A stretch of DNA of 32,000 nucleotides from Halogeometricum borinquense DSM 11551. Lineage in GTDB: Archaea; Halobacteriota; Halobacteria; Halobacteriales; Haloferacaceae. The stretch spans positions 120,001 to 152,000 of the forward strand of contig NC_014732.1 in the NCBI RefSeq assembly GCF_000172995.2, given 5' to 3'. The position numbers and the translations under genes were made by a program. How positions within the stretch are numbered: position 1 is the first letter of the stretch; each line of letters starts with the position of its first letter. The notes under the pieces were generated by a model. It ran no database searches. It was not told the origin of the DNA and worked only from the letters and a program-made list of their open reading frames with translations. This document shows, piece after piece, positions 8,821-16,758 of the stretch.

Positions 8821-10397
8821 TTGTTGTCACCTCGAATGGCCGCATCGCGTTCGCGCAGTTCGAATTTCTGTACCTTTCCGGTGGTCGTCCGCGGCAGTTC
8901 GTCGATGAACGACACCTCGCGGGGGTGTTTGTACTCCGCGAGATTTTCCAGACAGTACGCTTTGACCGCCTCGGGCGTCACCTCGGCGTCCGGGACAGGG
9001 ACGACGAACGCCTTGACCGTCTCGCCGCGACGTTCGTCCGGAATACCGACGACGGCGGCGTCCGCGATGTCCGGGTGTTCGAAGAGGAGTTCCTCGATCT
9101 CCCGCGGGTAGACGTTGTAGCCGCCGGTCACGATCATGTGCTTCTCGCGGTCAACGATGTAGTAGAAGTCGTCCTCGTCGCGGTAGCCGATATCCCCGGT
9201 GTGGTACCAGCGTTTTCCGTCTGCTTCGGTGAACGCTTTCTCGTTCGCGTCCGGGAGGCCGTGATAGCCTTTCATCACGTTCGGTCCGTGGATGACGAGT
9301 TCGCCCGTAATCTCGTCTAAGTCGATCTCCGCTTCGTTGACCGGTCCTTTCTCGACCGGCGGCACGTCCTCGAAGTTCTCGTCTACGATGCGAGTGTCGA
9401 GACCGTCGAGAGGTTTGCCGATGCTTCCCGGCCGTCGCGTGCCGGGATAGTTCGCGTGCGTTACCGGACTCCCTTCGGTGAGTCCGTACCCTTCGTACAG
9501 TTCGACCCCGAACAACGATTCGAACTGCCGCATCACCTCGATTGGGAGACTGCTCCCACCGGAGTTGGCAAAGCGAATCGAGGAGGTGTCGTACTCGTCG
9601 GCGTCCTCGAAGTTGATGAGGTCGTTGAACATGGCGGGCACGCCGTGCAGTACGGTCAACTCCTCGGACTCGATGAGCGCCAACGACTCCGCCGCGTCCC
9701 ACGACGGAAGAGGATAGTAGCTCCCTCCCTCGAACAGCGTTCCGATCATCGTCACCGTCATTCCGTAAATGTGGAAGAGCGGGAGGACGCCGAGGTACTT
9801 GTCGTCCGGTCGAACGCCGTCCGGCATCAGTCTCGCCGTCGCCCGCGCGTCCCACGCGAGGTTGTGGTGTGTCAAGAGGACGCCCTTCGGCTTCCCCGTC
9901 GTCCCCGACGTGTACGGTTGTACCGCCACGTCGTCGTCGTCGCGTTCGACTATCTCTGTGCCTTCGTCCGCGAGGAATTCCTCGAACGGAATCGCACCCT
10001 CTGCTTCGCCGCCGACGCTCACGACGTGCTCGACGTCGGTCTCGTCGCGGACGCTGTCCACGAACGGAACGAGGTCGGCGAGTGCGACGACGACAGTGGC
10101 ACCGCTGTCACCGAGGAGATGCGAAATCTCCCGCGTCTTGTACTGTGGATTCATCGGCACGACGATACCGCCCGCGTGAAGTGTTCCTTGGAATGCAGTG
10201 ACGAACTGCGGAAGATTCGGAAGGTAGACGGCGACTCTGTCTCCCGGTTCGACGCCGTGGTCTTCCAACCCGGCCGCGAATCGGGAAACCATTCCCCATA
10301 ACTGCTCGTAACTCCACTCCTGCCCGCGGAATCCGACGGCCGTCTCGTCGGGAGACGACTCGGCGGTCGCCGCGATATCCTTGACCATGTTTGTCAT
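8817..10397 (-). CDS. AMP-dependent acyl-CoA synthetase (long/medium-chain fatty acid-CoA ligase)
   Basis: AMP-binding motif YTSGTTGKPKGV, plus GYGLTE, YHTGDIGYRDEDDFYYIVDREKHMI and the C-terminal PRTTTGKVQK. ATG at 10397 (MTNMVKD...). The track ORF starts further upstream at 10457. Confidence 0.92.
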   Translation of the reverse strand: MTNMVKDIAATAESSPDETAVGFRGQEWSYEQLWGMVSRFAAGLEDHGVEPGDRVAVYLPNLPQFVTAFQGTLHAGGIVVPMNPQYKTREISHLLGDSGATVVVALADLVPFVDSVRDETDVEHVVSVGGEAEGAIPFEEFLADEGTEIVERDDDDVAVQPYTSGTTGKPKGVLLTHHNLAWDARATARLMPDGVRPDDKYLGVLPLFHIYGMTVTMIGTLFEGGSYYPLPSWDAAESLALIESEELTVLHGVPAMFNDLINFEDADEYDTSSIRFANSGGSSLPIEVMRQFESLFGVELYEGYGLTEGSPVTHANYPGTRRPGSIGKPLDGLDTRIVDENFEDVPPVEKGPVNEAEIDLDEITGELVIHGPNVMKGYHGLPDANEKAFTEADGKRWYHTGDIGYRDEDDFYYIVDREKHMIVTGGYNVYPREIEELLFEHPDIADAAVVGIPDERRGETVKAFVVPVPDAEVTPEAVKAYCLENLAEYKHPREVSFIDELPRTTTGKVQKFELRERDAAIRGDNK

Positions 10398-10575
10398 TCT
10401 CGACCGTTTGGGATATCCGAAAGCAGAGGACAAAAGTGTTCGCCAAAAATTTAGCAACGATTAGCTAATCGGCTTTCGAATTTTGTACCGTTAGAAAATA
10501 AGTCGGTGGCGGGCGTAACGCGCGACGGTAACACAAGTCGGCACACAAGACACCCTGTCCCACTCGCTGCTGCGG

Positions 10576-11523
10576 TCAGTCGATCGCGTACGGTTCGGCA
10601 CTGAACGCCGGAAAATCAAGCGCCAGTAGACGTTGGCTTAGAGTGATCGCAGCGTCTGTATTTGAGACTGTATCGACCCAGGCAGTAGGAAAGGCGGTTG
10701 CTCCAAACCGGGCCCCGAGCAATGCACCAGTAAGTGCCCCAATTGTATCTGCGTCCCCACCATGGTTGACTGATTCACAAATTCCCTCACGTGGTGACTC
10801 TGCCGTGAGCCCATGGTATAAGGCGGCATGGAGGGTGCTGATTACGTAGCCGCTATCATATGTGGGTTCGGTTGCGCGCCAGTTTGAGACTCCGTCTTGC
10901 AGTTCACTGGGGAGTCGATGCTTGTATTCCTGTAGGAACGGCGTTAGTTCGGGTTTGTCGCCGCGAATGAGTTGTGCGACAATATAATTAAACAACGCAC
11001 AGGACCACTGACATCGTGTATCATAGTGGGTGATTGCAGAGATCACTCGACTCCCGCTGACCAACGACTGTGGATCTGCTCGGAATGCCACTGCAATTGG
11101 TGTACACCGCATGAGACTGCCGTTCCCTGCATCACGTCCGTCAGGTGCCTGCATCGACGCCTCATAGCTTGCAAGCGACCAGTCTTTCCCAGCAGCGATC
11201 TTTTCAAGCACATCTCTGGTTAAGTACCCGACATCAAGTGGCGAACTCCCTAACCAGTCTACAAACCGTGCAGACACGTCTTCGGGATCTAGTCGGTGGC
11301 AGTCAACCAAACTACGCGCCGTCCGAAGTGTTAGCTCGGTGTCGTCGGTCACAGTGCCTGCTGGCCGTGGCGGACGTCCGCCGTCTACGGGCCCGTCTAT
11401 CGTTCCGAATTGTTCGCTGACAGCTGTTTGGGATACAAACTCGACAGGCCGGCCAATTGCATCACCACACGCAACCCCAACAAGGACGCCAGCGGCACGG
11501 TCCTGTACGTCTTCAGGTGGCAC
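10576..11523 (-). CDS. ADP-ribosylglycohydrolase family protein (DraG/ARH/Tri1-like)
   Basis: 315 aa with a GTG start. Family motifs are all present: GVACGDAIGRPVEF, GTVTDDTELTL, GNGSLMRCTPIAV and HGGDADTIGALTGALLGARFG (di-metal site residues). Confidence 0.88.
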   Translation of the reverse strand: MPPEDVQDRAAGVLVGVACGDAIGRPVEFVSQTAVSEQFGTIDGPVDGGRPPRPAGTVTDDTELTLRTARSLVDCHRLDPEDVSARFVDWLGSSPLDVGYLTRDVLEKIAAGKDWSLASYEASMQAPDGRDAGNGSLMRCTPIAVAFRADPQSLVSGSRVISAITHYDTRCQWSCALFNYIVAQLIRGDKPELTPFLQEYKHRLPSELQDGVSNWRATEPTYDSGYVISTLHAALYHGLTAESPREGICESVNHGGDADTIGALTGALLGARFGATAFPTAWVDTVSNTDAAITLSQRLLALDFPAFSAEPYAID

Positions 11524-11538
11524 TAAAACGAACCGCGA

Positions 11539-11817
11539 TTAGTCGCTTGCGTGGAATTCACGCTCGACGTTCGAAGACTCTCGGGCCTCAAGTGCTGCTG
11601 TCACACGGTCGAGCTTGTCGTCCAGTTCGTCCTCTGAACAGTTTGTGAAGCGCGTATTCTGCGGTTCTGATTGCTGACGATAAGCTTGCAGCCACGTGAG
11701 GTCTCGGTCGTGGCTTACCCGGACCTGGATTGGATCCTTGGGGATGGAATCGATCGAGCGGTCTCGAACAACCGTTCGATCAAATGGGGCCCCTCGGTCG
11801 CCAGGTTGGTCACTCAT
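11539..11817 (-). CDS. Hypothetical small protein (92 aa), middle gene of the ART/ARH cassette
   Basis: ATG at 11817 (MSDQPGDRGAPFDRTVVRDRSIDSIPKDPIQVRVSHDRDLTWLQ...EDELDDKLDRVTAALEARESS...). The track ORF begins at TTG 11877 inside an AT-rich spacer. The stop lies 15 nt upstream of the ARH GTG. No recognisable family. Confidence 0.5.
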   Translation of the reverse strand: MSDQPGDRGAPFDRTVVRDRSIDSIPKDPIQVRVSHDRDLTWLQAYRQQSEPQNTRFTNCSEDELDDKLDRVTAALEARESSNVEREFHASD

Positions 11818-11839
11818 ACATTGACAACTTAATTGGTAC

Positions 11840-11845
11840 AATAAA
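11840..11845 (-). promoter_or_regulatory. Candidate TATA box for a leaderless small-ORF + ARH transcript
   Basis: The minus strand reads ...cttcTTTATTgtaccaattaagttgtcaatgtATG. The TTTATT lies at -28..-23 relative to the ATG at 11817, which is the expected spacing for haloarchaeal leaderless mRNAs. It sits in the 62-bp AT-rich spacer between the ART-like gene stop (11880) and this ATG. Confidence 0.3.
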
Positions 11846-11879
11846 GAAGCTTTGCTTTTTTCAATATCTCTTTGCAAGG

Positions 11880-12923
11880 CTACGCGCCGAGATCTCGGGG
11901 GCCAACTACGTATTCCGCATAGTTCGAGAGTACTTCGATCGTTTTGGGGGCGAATATTGACTCCGCTGTAATGTAGTCAATCCAGTTCCACAGTCGCTCA
12001 TTTGGATCTGGCGCCTGTACTGTCAAATCCATCTCTGTCTGTATGTCCTGTTCAACGGTGATATCAAGCAGATCAGCAATATCCTGATGCTGGACTTCAT
12101 CTAATCTCACAGGCGTACTCAGCAACTGGATCGTCCGCCGGAGTTTTCGGGGCTCGCGATCACTGTCACGGTCATAAAAGTGGACCAGAAGCTTGTCTAT
12201 GGGGAGTTGGATTGCTCCTGTCAGGACGTGGAATTCACATTCTAATCCCGTATGTGCGGGTGGTTGGAAAAAACAGTCCGGCGCAAAGGCGATGCCTGTT
12301 CGCTGGGGATCGAACTCACAGACAACTCCTCGAGAAAAGCCACGCGCAACCTGTTCTCCAAGCGAAAAGCTACTGACAACTGCTGATTCGATTTCGATCA
12401 TCTGGCTGTCGGGTTGCTCTAATACTGCAGTCACAATGGGTGCAATCTCCTCTGGATAGAGCCCCCGGTAAAGCCCTCCCCTATATCCAGTTTGCTGTGA
12501 GAGAAACACCTGCGTTAGTCGATAGAACTCACGGTAGACATGAAACGACTCGCGTGGAAGCGGTTGAACCGATTTTCCATCACCCCGAATATATCCTGAA
12601 CAGCCCAGTGATTCCCGAACGACGTGGTCGTATGTTTGACCAACTGCTGGCTGATTACTCGCAGTCTTCATATGGTCTAATAAATCTTGAACCTCTCTGG
12701 CGGGAGTTTCACCATGCATGGCTGCAACTGCGTCGATAAATTCCTCTACGACCTCGTCTTTCAATTTGTAATATGTCGGCGTAGCTTGGGAGATACAGAC
12801 CTGCTGGGAGAGATCAAGCCCGAAATCGTCTTCAAAAGTACTGAGAGGGTCAACGAGTGGTAAATTAAGTTCACCTGCCATTTCGGTCATTCTGTGGTTA
12901 TTTCGCCATACGTTCTTGTCCAC
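11880..12923 (-). CDS. Predicted mono-ADP-ribosyltransferase (R-S-ExE class); otherwise a hypothetical protein
   Basis: 347-aa ORF (GTG 12923; alternative ATGs at 12890 and 12881). Ordered motifs: GGLYRGLY (R153, codon 12467..12465), AVVSSFSLG (S184-S187, 12374..12363) and GLECEFHVL (E228-x-E230, 12242..12234). Spacings are 31 and 41 aa, close to those of C3/iota/cholera-type ARTs. No signal peptide. The function call rests on motifs only. Confidence 0.55.
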   Translation of the reverse strand: MDKNVWRNNHRMTEMAGELNLPLVDPLSTFEDDFGLDLSQQVCISQATPTYYKLKDEVVEEFIDAVAAMHGETPAREVQDLLDHMKTASNQPAVGQTYDHVVRESLGCSGYIRGDGKSVQPLPRESFHVYREFYRLTQVFLSQQTGYRGGLYRGLYPEEIAPIVTAVLEQPDSQMIEIESAVVSSFSLGEQVARGFSRGVVCEFDPQRTGIAFAPDCFFQPPAHTGLECEFHVLTGAIQLPIDKLLVHFYDRDSDREPRKLRRTIQLLSTPVRLDEVQHQDIADLLDITVEQDIQTEMDLTVQAPDPNERLWNWIDYITAESIFAPKTIEVLSNYAEYVVGPRDLGA

Positions 12924-13106
12924 GGCATATAATGATCGTGATAACGTTCTGTCGGGCTGTTAGGTCCCAATTCGGGCGGCTCCTGAGACGGTGGGCAGTC
13001 CGAGCGTCACTCTTGAACGCCGGGCACTGTATCAGGAAAGACCCATTTACCGCTGATTGCTCTCACCGAGTCAGCAATCACCGGGAAGACATGGCACCCG
13101 TCCGCC

Positions 13107-15347
13107 TCAGAGTTTCTCTGCGGCGAGTGCTTGTTCGGACCGGCGGGTCGCTTGGTCGAGTCGGTTGCGCGCGGCGTTCGCTGCCGGGTCAGGCAGGCCG
13201 TCGCTCGCCGCTTCAAGTCGGTCCTTCGCTCGCTGAAGGTTATCCGTGGCGGCTTCGAGTGCCTTGTCCGCTCCCGGTGCATCGTTCGATTCGGCACGCT
13301 CTGCGGCTCGGTCGGCGGCCGCCGCGATGGCTTCGAGCGATTTCGTCAGGCCGTGGATGGCGTTCGCGCTGGGTCCACCGCCGGTACCGGAATCGTCGCC
13401 GCCGCTCTCGTTTTTGTCTCCGCCGCTTCCGTTTTTGTCTCCGCCGCCGTCCGTCCCTTCTGCCGCCTCCTGCACCGTCGTTGCCGTTTCACGCGTCACA
13501 TCTGCGAGGAACGAGGCGAGAGACGCTTTCCCCGTTCTCGGTCGGTCGATGGTAACTGACGGCTCCTCCGCCGGATTGACCCTGAACGCGCCGATGGCGT
13601 CGTCGGTGTCGCGGACTTCGGTCGTGTACGCGCCGCCGCGGTGGACGTAGACGGCGTCAGAGCCGTTTACGGGCGAGTCGTACAGTCGCCCGGCGAAGTC
13701 GTCTTCGACGGCCACGTCGGTCAGCGTCGCATCGGTTCCGTCAGCATCCACGCGTAGCTTCACGGCGTCACCCGACGCAACCAGTGGTATCTCGCCGTCT
13801 ACACCCGCAACGGCGACACCCGGCGGCGTCTGGTCGGCTTCGTTTTCGCTTTCGGTTTCTTCGGCCGTCGCGTCGTCAGTGCCGCCCGCCGCTGTCTCCG
13901 TTTCAGTCGCGTTGTTTGTCGCTGTCTCGTTCTCTGTCGCGTCGCTGACGCTGAGTTGCTGACTGTACGGTGCCGCACCGGCTCGGTTGACAGTCAAGCG
14001 GTGTTCGCCCGGCGGTACGTCTCTGAGGAGGGCGACGCCGCCGAACGTCGGAACTGCCTCGGGGTCGCTTTCCAAGAGGGCGACGGCCTCTACGTTCGAC
14101 GTTTGGGTTGTGAGCCCCTCGTTTTCCGGCGCGTCGTCGGTCGTCACGGCTTCTGTCACCGCCGCGACGACGCTGCCGACCGAACCCGGCGCACCGATTG
14201 CATCGTACTGTTCCGCCAGCGCGGCCCGGTGTGCCGGTTCGGTGATATCCGCCGCCGGATCCTCGTATCGCTCTTGCGTCCACGGTGCGTCTGTCGTCGT
14301 CAGGTGGCCAGCAATGGCGTCCTCGGCAAACTGGGTAACGTTGAACTCGAAACTCAACTGTGTGCCGGTGAACGCCGTGAGATGTTCGACCTCTGTGGCT
14401 GGAACCAGTTCGTACGTCTCGTCTCCTTCAGGGTCGTTTCGGCCCTCGAAGTCGAGAGCGAGTCCCGTTTCGCGGCCGGGAAGGTCCGTCGGCGGCGACG
14501 TGAGGTCGTCGAACGACCGGATGGTGAGTGCCTCGGGGACGAGCGTATCACGCGTGACCGCGGGGAGTCGCTCGTGTTCGTACACCGGTTTCCCGTCCAG
14601 TTCGGGGACGACGAACGGCAGGCGGAATCCCTCGTCGCGCGGTAGTCCGTACGCCGCGGGAACGTTCTCGAGCGAGGACAGGCCGCGAATCGCCCGGTTG
14701 GTGATGTCGGCCGAGATGTCGCCGACGGAGACGCGCTGGAAGCTCTCTCGCTCCTCGTTCAGCGAGAGCGCACTGGAATGTGACCCCAACTCCGAGAGTA
14801 TCCTCGGGACTTCCTCCATCGGATCGAGGTGTTCGTTGTTCGGCACGCGCCGGGAGTGCGAACTCGCGACGTGTAACCGTGCGCTGTCGCGTTCGGTATC
14901 GATGAAAACGTGCACTACTTCCCAGTCGTGCCAATGGAAATTCGTCGTGAACTGGTCGAACGCCGAGTAGAACCAGTACTGGACCACAGTCAGTGGCGAC
15001 TCTTCGTACGACCGGACGTTGTAGAACACCGTCGGGTCGGGAACGGGCGTTTCCGTCGCACGTTCGCTGTAGCCGTCGAGGGCGTCGAACCCCTCGACAA
15101 CAGGTTCGCCGTCGCTCTCGGACTCGTACGGTCGGGGGTCCGTCGGGAACCAGCGCTCGTTTGCGTCGAAGTACAACACCGGTGCGTAGCGCTCGGCCAG
15201 CGTCCGCGCCTCGTCCGTCGGAACCGCGGTGGTAGTGGCGTTCGGTTCGCTTTCTGTCGCCGAACAGCCGGCGACGGCCGCAGCGCTCGCGCTGGCAACG
15301 GCTGCGAGGAGTCGTCGCCGTGTGAGTTCGCTCCCGCCGTCCGTCAC
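13107..15347 (-). CDS. Tat-exported lipoprotein with an N-terminal Vps62/DUF946-like domain and an acidic low-complexity, coiled C-terminal region
   Basis: 746 aa. Twin-arginine signal plus lipobox: MTDGGSELTRRRLLAAVASASAAAVAGC. YAPVLYFDANERWFPTDP ... VVQYWFYSAFDQF..NFHWHDWEVVHVFID...VASSHS resembles the Vps62/DUF946 signature. T/E/D/A-rich linkers, a GGDKN repeat and an Ala-rich helical C-terminus. Confidence 0.8.
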   Translation of the reverse strand: MTDGGSELTRRRLLAAVASASAAAVAGCSATESEPNATTTAVPTDEARTLAERYAPVLYFDANERWFPTDPRPYESESDGEPVVEGFDALDGYSERATETPVPDPTVFYNVRSYEESPLTVVQYWFYSAFDQFTTNFHWHDWEVVHVFIDTERDSARLHVASSHSRRVPNNEHLDPMEEVPRILSELGSHSSALSLNEERESFQRVSVGDISADITNRAIRGLSSLENVPAAYGLPRDEGFRLPFVVPELDGKPVYEHERLPAVTRDTLVPEALTIRSFDDLTSPPTDLPGRETGLALDFEGRNDPEGDETYELVPATEVEHLTAFTGTQLSFEFNVTQFAEDAIAGHLTTTDAPWTQERYEDPAADITEPAHRAALAEQYDAIGAPGSVGSVVAAVTEAVTTDDAPENEGLTTQTSNVEAVALLESDPEAVPTFGGVALLRDVPPGEHRLTVNRAGAAPYSQQLSVSDATENETATNNATETETAAGGTDDATAEETESENEADQTPPGVAVAGVDGEIPLVASGDAVKLRVDADGTDATLTDVAVEDDFAGRLYDSPVNGSDAVYVHRGGAYTTEVRDTDDAIGAFRVNPAEEPSVTIDRPRTGKASLASFLADVTRETATTVQEAAEGTDGGGDKNGSGGDKNESGGDDSGTGGGPSANAIHGLTKSLEAIAAAADRAAERAESNDAPGADKALEAATDNLQRAKDRLEAASDGLPDPAANAARNRLDQATRRSEQALAAEKL
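13399..13447. repeat. 21-bp tandem repeat (about 2.3 copies) inside the lipoprotein gene
   Basis: ccgccgctctcgtttttgtct (13399-13419) and ccgccgcttccgtttttgtct (13420-13440), followed by a partial ccgccgc. These encode GGDKNES/GGDKNGS on the minus strand. Confidence 0.7.
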
Positions 15348-15642
15348 GGCGACAACCCTCCTGTCACGGTCGGTAGGTGGTGCCCGGAGATGCTCCCGAA
15401 CGTGTCGTGATTCACAACACTGGGTACGAGAACACCAGAATAGGTCTTGTGGTCCTGAACCACTTTTTGTCGGCTGAGTACCACGTTTGTCGTCCGGATG
15501 CCGCCGAATTCACCGATACGGTGTCGCTAACTCACCCATGCGAGAGAATCCGGTTGGCGGACACTCCGCGCCGCGGAATCGGTAATTTCCAAATAGTTGT
15601 AATCTAGCTAATACTTATGGTGTTTTCGTTCGACTCGCCGGT

Positions 15643-16704
15643 ATGCGTGCCGCAGTGTTAGAGGAGTACGGCGAACCGCTCAGTATCGAAGACGTGGCTG
15701 CACCTGATGCCGCCGCGGACGGCGTGGTTGTCGAACTGGAGGCCTGTGGCATCTGCCGGAGCGACTGGCATGCATGGCAAGGCGACTGGGACTGGTTAGG
15801 TCTCAAACCGCCGAAAGGCCAGATTCTCGGCCACGAGCCCGCCGGACGCGTCGTCGGAGTTGGATCTGACGTGGAGACGGTCCGCGAGGGTGACCACGTT
15901 GCGATTCCGTTCAATCTCGGTGACGGAACCTGTCCGCAGTGCGCTAACGGCCACGGAAACACCTGCGAGAACGTCGTCCCGCTCGGTTTCGCTGAGGTAG
16001 CGCAGGGAGCGTTCGCAGAGCAGGTACACGTCCCGGCCGCCGACTACAACGTCGTTGGTCTGCCCGAGGGCGTCTCGTCTATCGATATGGCCGGTCTCGG
16101 TTGCCGGTTCATGACCTCGTTCCACGCGCTCGCTCACCGCGCGGACATCGAGGCGGGCGACTGGGTTGCCGTCCACGGGTGCGGCGGCGTCGGTCTCTCG
16201 GCCGTCCACATCGCTGATGCACTCGGCGGCAACGTCGTCGCCGTGGACCTCGACGACCAGAAACTGGAACTGGCTGAAGAACTCGGCGCGGCGGCGACGG
16301 TGAATGCCAACGATGCGGGGAGCGTCCCCGGCGCAGTTCGTGCTATCGCGGACGACCACGTCGGCGTCTCGGTCGATGCACTCGGTATTCCGGAAACGTG
16401 CCGGAACTCCATACAGAGTCTCGGTGCACGTGGGCAACACGTCCAGATTGGGCTGACGACCGAAGCGGAAGGCGGTACTATCGAACTACCCACGGACGCG
16501 ATGGTCATGAGCGAAATCGAGTTCATCGGGTCGTTGGGGATGCCGCCGACGAAGTACGACGAAATATTCCGGATGGTAGCGAGCGGAAAACTCGACCCGA
16601 GTGCCGTCGTCACGGACCGTGTTGCCCTTGACGACGTTTCCGAGACACTTGCCGCGATGACGAACTTCGAAACGGTTGGCATCCCGGTTATCGACGAATT
16701 CTGA
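15643..16704 (+). CDS. Zinc-dependent alcohol dehydrogenase (MDR superfamily)
   Basis: 353 aa. CGICRSDWH, GHEPAGRVVGVG, the structural-zinc cluster CPQCANGHGNTC and the NAD-binding VAVHGCGGVGLSAV. Confidence 0.92.
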   Translation: MRAAVLEEYGEPLSIEDVAAPDAAADGVVVELEACGICRSDWHAWQGDWDWLGLKPPKGQILGHEPAGRVVGVGSDVETVREGDHVAIPFNLGDGTCPQCANGHGNTCENVVPLGFAEVAQGAFAEQVHVPAADYNVVGLPEGVSSIDMAGLGCRFMTSFHALAHRADIEAGDWVAVHGCGGVGLSAVHIADALGGNVVAVDLDDQKLELAEELGAAATVNANDAGSVPGAVRAIADDHVGVSVDALGIPETCRNSIQSLGARGQHVQIGLTTEAEGGTIELPTDAMVMSEIEFIGSLGMPPTKYDEIFRMVASGKLDPSAVVTDRVALDDVSETLAAMTNFETVGIPVIDEF

Positions 16705-16758
16705 ATCTCGTCCGGAATCTCTCACCCGTGAGATTCAATACTGATAAGATAAAACAGG

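Noticed and set aside
7390-9111. 573-aa plus-strand ORF, the longest ORF in this part of the track
   Set aside because: It is entirely antisense to the acyl-CoA dehydrogenase and acyl-CoA synthetase genes, which have strong family motifs. Its product is Arg-rich and low-complexity, a typical shadow ORF of high-G+C DNA.
10461-10469. TTAGCTAAT upstream of the acyl-CoA synthetase operon, resembling CTAGCTAAT (15604-15612) upstream of the alcohol dehydrogenase; a possible shared operator
   Set aside because: It is only an 8-mer shared once. The distances to the start codons differ (about -64 against about -31). It may simply be AT-rich promoter sequence, and I cannot assess its significance without a genome-wide motif search.
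13054-13080. 8-bp-stem hairpin (tgattgct / agcaatca, 11-nt loop) 27 nt downstream of the lipoprotein gene stop; a possible terminator
   Set aside because: It is not followed by a convincing oligo-T tract on the transcribed strand (only tcttt). Haloarchaeal termination mostly relies on T-runs, so the evidence is too weak to call.
15796-16682. Minus-strand ORFs of 214 and 182 aa
   Set aside because: They are antisense to the Zn-alcohol dehydrogenase, which has unambiguous motifs.
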